This document shows, one piece after another, positions 1 to 10,374 of a DNA stretch of 64,000 nucleotides. The DNA is from Rhizodiscina lignyota. Its lineage: Eukaryota. Where the stretch lies: positions 186,001 through 250,000 of the forward strand of contig ML978139.1 in the NCBI GenBank assembly GCA_010015805.1, read 5' to 3'. Position 1 is the first letter of the stretch, and every line of letters begins with the position of its first letter. The position numbers and the translations under genes were made by a program. The notes under the pieces are model-generated. The model saw only the letters and a list, made by a program, of their open reading frames with translations, did no database searches and was not told where the DNA came from.

Positions 1-1
1 C

Positions 2-1120
2 GGCTTTGCAGGCGAGGGATATAGCCAGAGTATTGGGTTCGCAAATGCGCTGAGCCAGGCGATTACTCGGGAAGAGCATGTCGCTCGCGACGGCGAGGGC
101 GAGGAAGAATTTGGACGAGTCAGACCGCTGCTTGAGGACGAGACGTTGGAGCTACACGGTGCACCTTGGGCAAAGGAAGGCTTGGTGGTGTGGAAGCACG
201 ACCTCGCGGAAAGGGGTAAGAAGGCCAAGGATCGCCAGTGGAAGGAATGCTTCGCGGTCGTTGAAAAGGGATATCTTCGCCTTTTCAGCTTCCATCAAAA
301 TTCAAAGACTCAGCGGAACAAGAAGAACCGCCAACAAGCGACCATCAATGCAGGAGGTGCGGTTGGTGGTGGGAACTGGCTAGAGGATGCGGAGAGCATG
401 GGCTGCTTCCTCCTCAGGCAGACGCTCGCAAGTAATCTACCGCCGCCAGGATACAGCGACCAGCGGCCGCACGTGTGGGCGCTCACCTTCCCCAACGGCG
501 CATTACATTTCTTCCACGTCGGCACCGACGATATTGGCCAGGAGTTTGCTAGAACGGCCAACTACTGGAGCGCGCGCCTCAGCAAGGAACCCCTGGTTGG
601 TGGCATCAGCAACATCGAGTACGGCTGGAGCGACAACATCCTCAACATGGCGCTTGTCAACAAGCAGGACTCTAGGCCCGGCAGTGAAGGAAGACCTGGG
701 TCTGCGACCGCATTACCTCGCGTGAGCGTGCAAGGCAGTCTGCGCGGGAGCATGGACAGCGCTGCTGCTTCTACTTCCGTCGTGAAGGCGCGTCTACCCG
801 GCGACAAAGCGACACTCATCGACTGGACACCGCCAGTGCAAAGCATGATGGCGAGCCAGCTGATGGAGGTGGACCAGATGAAGGCGCTGACGAACTACGT
901 GCGCGCACTCGAGGACGAGCTGCTCGCGCACAACGAACTGCGCAAGGCGATCAGCCTGGCGTACAGCCCGCGCCACCCCAACATGCACACGGCGAAGAAG
1001 AACTGGGAGGGCAAGAGCTCGTACCTGCTCAAGGAGATTGTGAAGTACAAGACGTATGTGAATAGTCTGACCGAGGCGGAGGCCCTCAAGGAGAAGATAT
1101 ACGCGGAGCGCACGGAGTAG
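2..1120 (+). CDS. 3' part (5'-truncated by the window edge) of a fungal Sec7/PH-domain Arf guanine-nucleotide exchange factor (Syt1-like)
   Basis: Frame is open from base 2 (GFAGEGYSQSIGFANALSQAITREE...ELHGAPWAKEG). PH-like segment WKECFAVVEKGYLRLFSF...LLRQTLAS...RPHVWALT...TANYWSARLSKEPL is typical of fungal Sec7-PH proteins. Stop TAG at 1118-1120. Confidence 0.8.
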   Translation, partial: GFAGEGYSQSIGFANALSQAITREEHVARDGEGEEEFGRVRPLLEDETLELHGAPWAKEGLVVWKHDLAERGKKAKDRQWKECFAVVEKGYLRLFSFHQNSKTQRNKKNRQQATINAGGAVGGGNWLEDAESMGCFLLRQTLASNLPPPGYSDQRPHVWALTFPNGALHFFHVGTDDIGQEFARTANYWSARLSKEPLVGGISNIEYGWSDNILNMALVNKQDSRPGSEGRPGSATALPRVSVQGSLRGSMDSAAASTSVVKARLPGDKATLIDWTPPVQSMMASQLMEVDQMKALTNYVRALEDELLAHNELRKAISLAYSPRHPNMHTAKKNWEGKSSYLLKEIVKYKTYVNSLTEAEALKEKIYAERTE

Positions 1121-1692
1121 TAACACTCACACTAACACTAACTTCAAAAACGGGAGACGAGATGTACGAGAAGGCTTGAATATCAGTTTATGAAATGACA
1201 TATTGGTTCGTAATTTTGACTTGCAGTGCACATTGATGAATCGGCACGTGAACATGCAGAGGTTGGCTGAAGGTGGATGAGTGGACTCATGTTGTGATCG
1301 CATGCATTCTTTGCGCACAGGGGAGTCGTGTCTTCGAGGAAATGGAAGTCGACGCCTTCTCAGGTGAAAGAAGCAGAAAGTCAACTATGGCAAGTGTTTC
1401 TATTGCAGAGGGGACAAGCGCGTGAGTTGAACATTCTTCCGTTCTCTGGGTATGTTTTTCACCTGCCGTTGCAACTTCACAACCGTGTTTGCCCGCAACA
1501 CCGTTGGTGAAGGGAGAGACATGTGACTAAAGAGAGCAACAACAACTGAAAACTGAGAAAATTGATTCCGATTCCATGTTAATGCAGAAAAGCAATCTAC
1601 CCGTGGAGTATTGAGCTAGCAAAGCAATCACGCCTAACAATAACATCCCGCCATCCAGCAATCTTCATCACTCGTGTAAAACCATTCCATTC

Positions 1693-4600
1693 TCATTTCC
1701 CGACCCTCCCACTCCTGACCTTTTGCCTCTGCTTCGGCACTCCCAGTCCCCTCCTCTGCATACGCGCACCCTGCATACCCCGTCCCCTACCCCTCGGACT
1801 GTGTCCGCCTCTGCCTGACCCGCCATTTGCTCTGCCACCTCTGCCACCTCGTGGAGTGCGCGGACTAGTGTGGTTCGACTTTCTCGCGTGTGCAATCTCT
1901 TGTTCGTCGAGCTCCATGTCATCGTCGTCATCATTCTTGCCCTTCTGCGGCCGATTCGTGAACTTCAGCTTCCCTCTCTGCCCGCGCTTTGCGGAGTCCC
2001 GTCCGCTCACAGCGTCTACGTAGGCATTGATGCTCTCGTCACCTTCGTTTGCGCCGTGATCCATCATGTCTACATCCTTTGCAGTAGACTTCTTGGACTT
2101 CGTCGGCGGCTCGTTGAAGATTAGCTTTCCATCGATGTTCGTCTGCGCCTTTGTCTTCTTTCCCTGAAGCTGGCGGGCCTTGAGCGGGCGCGTAGATGAT
2201 ATGTTACCTAAAGCGCGTCGATCCAGCAAGTCTAGAGGTTCGTCCTCATCTTCGACGATATACGTTTGCGATTGCTTCTGCTTGCCATTTCGAGAGGCAC
2301 CTCGTAGCGATACTCCGCCTTCACCGTCACTGTCCTCAGCGTCTGATCCACTGACGACTGACTCATCATCTTCGCTGCCATAGATGGCCTCATCGAACTC
2401 GTTCTCGAAACGCCCCTTTCGTGCCGACCTCTCCTCTTTCTCGACATCCTCATCATTCGCATGCTCAGCTTGTCCATCTTTATTTTTCTTCTTCCTCTCC
2501 TTCGTCTTCCGGATGTTCGTAATCAACTTCTTGTCCTCCTCCGGGCACACCTTCTCCACCTCCTCAACACCGAATCTTCGGATCATCCTCTCAATGATGT
2601 GTTTCACCTTCGCCTTAAAATGTCCCTTGTGCTCATGACTCCACCCCATCAAACTCGGCATCAGACTCTTCAGCCGCGGCCGCACGATCCCATCCGGCAA
2701 GCTGATAACGCAGACCTTGACAAACCCCAGCACGCTCCTAACAATCTCTCTGCTCTTGCTCTGCAAAAACAGGTCCATCGTCTCCACCAACTGCGCGACG
2801 GTCTCGTCCTTCAGCTCCTTGCGGAACTCATACAATATCCTCGTGCATGCAGTCACGCTCGCACTGACGCTGTGTGGCGTCGATCCTGCCAGTCCAGCGC
2901 TCACCATGACGAGGTACTCCTCGAGATCCGCGTTCTTTTCTTCAGCTGAAGTATCCATGTGCGGGACTTTGCTCATCGCAACTTTTCCGCCTTTCCGCAT
3001 TCTTTGGCCGAGCGCAACGAGAAGATCGAACGCTGCATTCCTTGCTTTCTCATTGACTTCTTTCGTTGCGATTACAACCTCTGGTAGCACACTGGGTATA
3101 AAGTACAAATCTTGGTCCGGGAGGAATTCCACAACCTTGCCAATCGCAATGAGTCGATCTCGCCGTGACGGTGGCGATGACTTCTCTGCGCTGTCGAGAA
3201 GTAGCTTCTGCAATTCCGCGTTGCGATCCTGAAGAGCTTGACGCCCAGTTTCGGACTCGGATATGCGAGGAATGAGTTTATACGCCTTCTTTTGAAGTTG
3301 TGCGTCTTGGGGATTGTTGATGATGACAGTAGCGATTGTGAAAAGCTGTGGATAGGAGCTGCGTGGGAGGTAGATCGATAAGGTTATTAGAAGATCCATG
3401 AGGGTGTGTGTAGCAGGTGGCATTTTGTTCGCGTCTGGTTTTTGCTGCTTCTGTTTGTCAGGTTGTGATTGCGCGTTTGCGGCCTCTTGGAGAGATGATT
3501 CGAGCATCGTTGTGACGCGAGTAAAGGTTTCCAATAGCTCCTTCTCAGGAGTGATGGAAAGATATGCGTTGATGCACTGTAGCAGAACTCCTCGGTTGTG
3601 GGGCAAAGTCTGACTGTAGACATTGAATAGCACAGCTAGGAGATTGCCCGCGAACGGCGCAAGATGGTCGAGATTGAGCTGCGCTTGGCCTCTTGTAACC
3701 CGCGTAAATTTAAGCGCATCGCCATCTTCGACAGCCTCGATGAGTGCCTTGTTCGACTCGACCAGATTCTGCAGAGCACGACATATGTCTGTCCGCAGCT
3801 CTGTTTGCTGGTATAAGAGATTCGAGAGCATTTCAGCAAAGCTCTGGTCCAATGCTTCGATCAAGTCGAGCGGTAGGTCGCAATAACCTGGGAGGCAGCT
3901 CCAAATCTGTTGTACAACGGTCTCAAAGATTTTTATGTCCATCGTCTTGTCCTTCTTGCCGTGATCAAGGACTCGTTGGAACATGTTTTCGCTCAAAGGC
4001 ACCAATTCCTCCTTGAAATGCGCAAGCTTCGTGTTGCTCACACTGTCTCTCAACAATGGCAGAAGCCAAGCACGTCCGGGCTTCCCGGCTTGTGGCTTGA
4101 GTAGGTTAAGAGGGAGGACGCTGAGCACAAAGTCGGGGCCAGTTGCGTGGATTGCTTGCGACAACACTTCATCAGCCTCTTTCTTTCCCGCAAATGAATC
4201 GTTGCCTCGTAGGTCACCGATTGTCTTGACGACAGTCGTCAGGAGCGGCGCGGCACGATACCGAAGCGCATCAAATGCCGCGCTGATTACGGAGAAAACT
4301 TCCATCCACGCCGACTGATATCGAACGTTCAGCAAGTCCGTAAGATTGGTGGCTAACTTCTCGAGTGTCTTTTCGTCGAAAATGGAGGGTTCAATGATCA
4401 CAGAGTCGGGTATGCAATTGCTTAAGAAGGATATTAAGCATTCAGAAGCTGAAACGCGAATATTATGAGACGGCGAGCTTAGGAAAGAAGAGATTTTGGA
4501 GAATATGTCGGGTAGGTTTTGGAAAGTGTCTTCCGGAGAGACTTGAGAAGAAACATCGTAGGCGCGAGATATGACCGCCATCCATGGAGGGAGCAGCTGA

Positions 4601-5589
4601 GTATCTGTCGCTGCAGGCTGCAACTGGCTGATTACTTCGAGAAGATGAGGCAGCTTCGCGGACGAGACCTCATCAGCCATTCCTTCAAACATGACCTCAA
4701 AGACTTCAAAGGCGGCCATAGTCAGAAACTCGTTGCTCGACCTCGAAACGTCTAGAAGCAATTCGCACAGCGCATCAATCTTGCGGCTTGGCCATCCTCC
4801 AGACGCGCTCGCAATGGTCTTGACCAACTGTAAAGAATGGATGAGCGCCGGCTCATGATGTTGGTTGTCCTTGTGTCCCTTCTTCCTGCTCTTCGACGCT
4901 GCTTCCGCTAGATCCTTGACTGTTCGCAGAGCGCTCTCAGCGCACATATCGGCAGCAGGGTGATCTAAGCTTGGACTCGGAGGTGGACTCTTCAGAACCT
5001 TCGTCAGAGCCTCCTGCGCCCTCTTTCTGACCTTCGGTCTGTGATCCACAGCAATTGCCAACAGCCCTGCTACTCCTCTTCGTGGACTGATTTGCGCCTG
5101 GCTCAGCTGCCATGCAGCGCCGTTCTGCGCCACAAGCAAACTCTCGAGGGAGCCAATCGAACCCCGTAAAAGCGGCGCTTCAGCGTCATAATGTGTGAGG
5201 GCAGGCGCGAGGCTCGTGAGGATTTGGCTGAACTTTTCGCGGAGCAGAGGGGGTGGGACATGGGGGGTTACAAGGTCGAGAAGATAAACGACGGCAGTCG
5301 CGATGTCTTTGTTGACTATGCCGCGTGTAGGAGATATGTACTGGCCCAGAAGAGACAAAAGTGCGGCGAAATAGGCGGCGGGTGTGAAGTCAGAAACGGA
5401 GGCATTGGTCGATTCTGCGCGGAGGGTGTCTTCGATTGCGGAGAGCACGACGGCAGTCTGAATTTGAAGTGAGTATCTGTAAGGGTCAGAATGCTGTGCA
5501 AGACGGACCTGTTGCTGGTTCTGCAATCTCGGAGAAGAGCGAATCTTGTCCAGCCTCTCAGCGAGAGACATTTTGTCCGAGTCGGCCAT
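1693..5589 (-). CDS. RRP12: rRNA-processing protein Rrp12 (HEAT/NUC173), about 1281 aa
   Basis: ATG at 5589 (MADSDKMSLAERL). One 51-nt intron 5458-5508 (GTCCGT...CAG). Motifs DHRPKVRKRAQ, GRAWLLPLLRD, QIWSCLPGYC, QKKAYK, SREIVRSVLGFVK, EPLDLLD; acidic and RGG-rich C-terminus. Confidence 0.93.
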   Translation of the reverse strand: MADSDKMSLAERLDKIRSSPRLQNQQQVRLAQHSDPYRYSLQIQTAVVLSAIEDTLRAESTNASVSDFTPAAYFAALLSLLGQYISPTRGIVNKDIATAVVYLLDLVTPHVPPPLLREKFSQILTSLAPALTHYDAEAPLLRGSIGSLESLLVAQNGAAWQLSQAQISPRRGVAGLLAIAVDHRPKVRKRAQEALTKVLKSPPPSPSLDHPAADMCAESALRTVKDLAEAASKSRKKGHKDNQHHEPALIHSLQLVKTIASASGGWPSRKIDALCELLLDVSRSSNEFLTMAAFEVFEVMFEGMADEVSSAKLPHLLEVISQLQPAATDTQLLPPWMAVISRAYDVSSQVSPEDTFQNLPDIFSKISSFLSSPSHNIRVSASECLISFLSNCIPDSVIIEPSIFDEKTLEKLATNLTDLLNVRYQSAWMEVFSVISAAFDALRYRAAPLLTTVVKTIGDLRGNDSFAGKKEADEVLSQAIHATGPDFVLSVLPLNLLKPQAGKPGRAWLLPLLRDSVSNTKLAHFKEELVPLSENMFQRVLDHGKKDKTMDIKIFETVVQQIWSCLPGYCDLPLDLIEALDQSFAEMLSNLLYQQTELRTDICRALQNLVESNKALIEAVEDGDALKFTRVTRGQAQLNLDHLAPFAGNLLAVLFNVYSQTLPHNRGVLLQCINAYLSITPEKELLETFTRVTTMLESSLQEAANAQSQPDKQKQQKPDANKMPPATHTLMDLLITLSIYLPRSSYPQLFTIATVIINNPQDAQLQKKAYKLIPRISESETGRQALQDRNAELQKLLLDSAEKSSPPSRRDRLIAIGKVVEFLPDQDLYFIPSVLPEVVIATKEVNEKARNAAFDLLVALGQRMRKGGKVAMSKVPHMDTSAEEKNADLEEYLVMVSAGLAGSTPHSVSASVTACTRILYEFRKELKDETVAQLVETMDLFLQSKSREIVRSVLGFVKVCVISLPDGIVRPRLKSLMPSLMGWSHEHKGHFKAKVKHIIERMIRRFGVEEVEKVCPEEDKKLITNIRKTKERKKKNKDGQAEHANDEDVEKEERSARKGRFENEFDEAIYGSEDDESVVSGSDAEDSDGEGGVSLRGASRNGKQKQSQTYIVEDEDEPLDLLDRRALGNISSTRPLKARQLQGKKTKAQTNIDGKLIFNEPPTKSKKSTAKDVDMMDHGANEGDESINAYVDAVSGRDSAKRGQRGKLKFTNRPQKGKNDDDDDMELDEQEIAHARKSNHTSPRTPRGGRGGRANGGSGRGGHSPRGRGRGMQGARMQRRGLGVPKQRQKVRSGRVGK

Positions 5590-5932
5590 GACCGTCGCAG
5601 TCGCAAATGAAAAGTTGAAGTTTCCAAAAATTTGGCCGGCATGCGGAATATCTTCGGCGAGGCAAGCCACCTGCTCCTGCCCCACTTTGCTTGCCAAGCC
5701 CTCATATACACGTCACGTGCGCGCCACATTCCTGAGCTAAGGGCGGCATGCCTACCTGGCGCCTAGCCAACTAGGGGTAGGTATAGTTACACAGGTTATG
5801 CTCTTTGTCAAGGCAGCTAGTTTTACTAAGTTGAAGGAATCTTGTGTTCTCCTTAAACAATGAAGTATCTAATCGTTCAGAAATAGCAGAGGCTACCTCT
5901 CTGACTGAAACGACGTCTCTAGTACCAAACAC

Positions 5933-7069
5933 TTATGCCTTTGCCATGACATGACTTTGCTCTGCCACAAATTCGGGGCTGAATGGATAATCAACATATC
6001 CCTTCGGGCTGCCCGGGTTGTAGAACAGCGAGCGGTCGTACTTGGTCAGCTCCAATCCCTTTTTGATTCTGTAAACCAAATCCGGTGTCGAGATCCAGTA
6101 CCTTCCAAAGACGACAGCAACGTCCTTATCCTTGTATTCCTCATCGACGGCCTTCTTCGCGCTTTCTGCAGTGAAGCCTCCGGCAAGCAAAACAGGTGAC
6201 ACGTTATCCCAGATCTCGACCAACGGACGCAGTGACTCTTTGCCCTCCACGTCAATGTTGCCGCTGATTCGGGATTCGACGAGATGGATATACGCAAGCT
6301 CCAATTTCTTCAAGCCCGTGACCAGATGTGAAAATTGCGGTATCGGTTCCTGCATTTTCATGGCTTGGAACTCGCTGAAGGGACTCAATCTGATGCCCGT
6401 CTTTTCCTTTCCAATCGCGTTTACAACCGCACTCGCCACCTCCAGCCCGAATCGGGATCTGTTCTCAATGCTTCCGCCCCATTTGTCTGTCCTCTTGTTC
6501 GACGTGTCTTGTGTGAACTGATCGATAATGTAGCCGTTGGCGCCGTGGATCTCAACGCCATCAAACCCGGCACGCTCAACCGCATTCTTAGCCGCTTGCA
6601 CATACTCCCCAATCAGATCCCAGATTTCCTCCTCTTTCATCGGTCTCGGTGTAGGTGAGTTCGCGTCGATAGGCAAGTCGCTGGAGCTGATGACGTCCAG
6701 TCCAAACTCCTCGCGCAGATTGTCCGCGTTTGCCGCGCGCCCTAAGCACCACAGTTGCAGGAAGATGTATGAGCCCTTCTCGTGTACGGCGTCCGTCACT
6801 TCTTTCCATCCTGCGATTTGTGCGGGAGTCCAGATACCTGGGACTTGTGAGAGGCCGCCGGCGCGTGGGGAGATGAAGGTCGCTTCGGAGATGAGAAGTG
6901 TTCCAGGAACCGAAGCACGCTGAGCATAGTACTCCTTCACGAAGGGGAGTGGAACGTGAGAGGTATCGGCACGAAAGCGGGTCAATGGCGCCATGACGAG
7001 GCGCTGATTGAGGGTCACGTTGCCAACCTTGAGCGGTTGAAACAACTTCGACGAAGAGCTCGGCGCCAT
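5933..7069 (-). CDS. Old Yellow Enzyme / NADH:flavin oxidoreductase, 378 aa
   Basis: Intronless ORF with MAPLTRFRA, YYAQRAS, QLWCLGR, GFDGVEIHGANGY, NKRTDKWGGSIENRSRF, GIRLSP, GYVDYPF. Confidence 0.95.
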   Translation of the reverse strand: MAPSSSSKLFQPLKVGNVTLNQRLVMAPLTRFRADTSHVPLPFVKEYYAQRASVPGTLLISEATFISPRAGGLSQVPGIWTPAQIAGWKEVTDAVHEKGSYIFLQLWCLGRAANADNLREEFGLDVISSSDLPIDANSPTPRPMKEEEIWDLIGEYVQAAKNAVERAGFDGVEIHGANGYIIDQFTQDTSNKRTDKWGGSIENRSRFGLEVASAVVNAIGKEKTGIRLSPFSEFQAMKMQEPIPQFSHLVTGLKKLELAYIHLVESRISGNIDVEGKESLRPLVEIWDNVSPVLLAGGFTAESAKKAVDEEYKDKDVAVVFGRYWISTPDLVYRIKKGLELTKYDRSLFYNPGSPKGYVDYPFSPEFVAEQSHVMAKA

Positions 7070-7889
7070 CTTTCCTGGTTTGCTATGTCTGATTAAGTTC
7101 TAGCAGGGGTGTTTGTGAAACTGAGAAGAATGGAAAGCTTGAAACGACAGACTCAATTGACGCTCTAAAGGACGAATAGAAGACACTGAGTGCGTGGATT
7201 AGGATTCAGGAAGGTCTTTCACAAAGTGACCTTTAGAGTATTTAAATTGAAGCGGAGAGAAAAGTAGTGGTGATTAATAGATGCTTTGAAATTCCAGCAG
7301 CATTCATCACGTTTCCAACGGTCAATTTGTACGGAGAGAATCAGGTACGTGCTTTGAAAGCAACAGGTCAAAGGGACGGAGAGATAGTGTCGGCCGCTGA
7401 TGACGAATTCCCGGTGCTATATCCGACGCAGGGGTATCAAGCCGCGGTCCCGCGATCTCCACGGGCGCCAAGCCTGGGAAGCCATGCCACGGCACTGTTG
7501 GAGTTATTCAAGTTTGCTGTATCTCTTTATATGAGGATGTTCGAAGGAGGATATCATATGATGACAAGAGAGGAACGAAGCTGACTTAAAGAGACAGGAT
7601 GAGTGAGCCATTTCAATTTTGGATTAGCGCACGCCTTGTGCGGCTAGATCGATCTTGAACCCCTGATGGGGTCTCAGATCTTCGAGCTGTACGAGACGCA
7701 CGCGAGATCGATAGAGCGCGTCATAGCAATCTGCACAATCGCATGAAGTATTCGCCATATTCTCTCCTTCCTGCTCTTCCAAATGTTCGAATCTCAACTC
7801 CGCGAATGCTCCGACTTTTCTTTCGAACAAAGCCTTCCCAACTCTCGTCTCCAATTCTTCCAGGGCTTCCATTTTATCGTCTCTTCTCA

Positions 7890-10224
7890 ATGGCTCCCAA
7901 AAGGAAGCGATCTGCCCCTTCTCTTATAGAAGACTCATCCACGGCTAGTTCAACGCTTCCCTTCATTAATGGCAAAGTGAAGCCTCAAAGACGAGCATCT
8001 GAAAGAGCGAGCGAAGCAGCTACGAATCCTAACACCAATAGCCAAGTTATAGACGGCCCCGATGCTTCACGTGCTTCACCAGACAGCATCGCAAACCAAA
8101 TTATTGCGCCTAATGTCGATTCGGATTCCCGCCTCTCAGACATTCCTGACTCAGAACCACAAAAGAAGCGTGGCAGAGCCACTGCCAAAAAGAAAGCGAA
8201 GAATGTGAAGAGAGAGACGGTGGATGGGAACGTCTCGACAAAGACCACATCGCAGCCGCAAAAGAACGAGGACGCATCGACACTTGTCGATCCCGAGGCT
8301 GAAGGCGAAGAGGAAGCAGACGAGGAAGAAGTCAAAGAGGCACTGTCGCGGCCGCCGCCAGTCAATAGCGATTACTTACCATTGCCATGGAAGGGCCGAC
8401 TAGGCTATGTATGTCTCGTAATATTGTCCACAGAAGCCCGACCACTAACATGCGAACAGGCCTGTCTGAATACCTACCTCCGCAACTCTAATCCTCCAGT
8501 CTTCTCGTCTCGCACATGTCGTATTGCTTCCATACTCGAACACCGCCATCCGCTCCGCGATCCTTCACAGCCCGAGCATCCCACCAAGAACAGACCTGAC
8601 AAGGACAAGCTGGCCAATGTGCGGTTAGGACAGCAGTGGGTGGAGCAGTTGGGATTGCAAAATGCAAGGGATATCATCAAGATGGTTCGATGGAACGATA
8701 GGTACGGCATCAAATTCATGCGGCTGAGCAGCGAAATGTTTCCTTTCGCAAGCCATGATGGATACGGGTATAAGCTGGAGCCCTTTGCGGCGGAAACGTT
8801 AGCAAAGGCGGGGGAGGTGATCGCGGAACTCGGGCATAGGGTTACTACGCATCCTGGACAGGTACGCCGAATCTCTCCGAGAGGACTGTAGCTGCTTGTA
8901 AAATAACGAATGCTAACACAACAAGTAGTTCACCCAACTTGGCTCACCTCGCCAGTCCGTTATCGATGCATCCATCCGTGACCTGGAGTATCACGATGAG
9001 ATGTTATCTCTCCTGAAACTCCCACCGCAACAAGACCGCGATGCCGTCATGATCCTGCACATGGGTGGCATTTTCGAATCTAAACCTGAGACTCTCGATC
9101 GATTTAGAGCCAACTACGCACGCCTGCCTCAAGGCGTGAAGAATCGCCTCGTGCTCGAGAATGATGACGTGGGTTGGTCGGTGCATGACCTGCTCCCAAT
9201 ATGTGAAGAGCTCAATATTCCGTTCGTGCTAGACTTTCACCACCACAACATCGTATTTGATGCTACGCAAATCCGCGAAGGGACGAAGGACATCATGGGC
9301 CTGTATCCACGGATATTGGCGACTTGGAAAAGAAAGGGCACCACGCCGAAGATGCATTACAGCGAGCAGACGCCCCCAGCGGTCACACCTCGACAGCGGA
9401 GGAAGCACAGTCCGAGAGTGATGACGCTTCCTCCATGTCCGAATGACATGGATCTGATGATCGAAGCGAAGGATAAAGAACAAGCGGTTTTCGAACTGAC
9501 GAGGACGTTTAAGCTGCCCGGATACGACAAGTTTAACGACGTTATTCCTTTTGTGAGGCCCGATGATAATAAAGCGGCCTTGGCCACGATGGTGAAGATG
9601 AAGAAGAAGAGCGCGAAGAAGAGTCCACCCAAGAAGAAGACGAAGACTAATAGTGATGATGTACTCGAGGTGGCAGCAGAAGAGATCCAGGAAGACGAGA
9701 TGCCGCAGCTCCTCCCGGAAGATGAGGTTGGCATGGGTGGGCCGGAAGGTAGAGTTTACTGGCCGCCTGGCATGGAAGAGTGGTTGCGGCCGAAGAAAAG
9801 GGAAGTGAAGAAGAAAGCACCGGACGATGCCACTTCAATGGGAAGCGTAAAGAAGAAGGGAAAAGCAGCGATGAAGCAAAGTCCGAAAGGCGCTATAATC
9901 CAACTCGACGATGCCCCTGACAAGATTCGCGAGTCCACCCAGGATCTTAAGCATGGGTCGGCTAAAGCGACGGCGAATGGGAAGCGAGCTGGTATAAAGG
10001 CTGCTAAAGCACCCGCGAAAGGCAAGCAGAAGAAGGCTGGGACGGTCATAACACCGTCGACTTCAGATGAAAACGATGATGAAGGCATGGATGTAGAGGT
10101 GCAAGACGAGCAAGAGCCACCTACGAAGAGGTCCGGGAGGACGATGAAAGCCCCATCGGCCAGGAAGAGCTCAAGGGCGGCGCGTGTGAGCTACGCCGAG
10201 GCAGCCAACTCAGATGTAGAATGA
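7890..10224 (+). CDS. uve1: UV-damage endonuclease (UVDE/Uve1/mus-18 family), about 738 aa from ATG 7890; alternative in-frame ATGs at 7806 and 7743
   Basis: Exons 7890-8408, 8460-8861, 8929-10224. Motifs KGRLGY|ACLNTYLR, FMRLSSEMFPFASH, THPGQ|FTQLGSP, ILHMGG, RLVLENDD, VLDFHHH, KMHYSE, DLMIEAKDKEQA. Confidence 0.93.
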
Positions 10225-10374
10225 TCGCATAGCTTGCATGAACAACTTTGACGTTGGATTAGGATTATGTCCTGTGCGTGTTGCGTCAGCGTGGTCAGTG
10301 TCTGTCACAGCTAGACATTCTCATGTAGATAATTGGCCAATTCCGACTTCAGATTCATGACGACGAAAACTGTT

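Noticed and set aside
5590..5697. 36-codon upstream extension of the RRP12 ORF in the track
   Set aside because: It starts at TTG, has no targeting character, and overlaps promoter-like A/T tracts. ATG 5589 fits the expected N-terminus.
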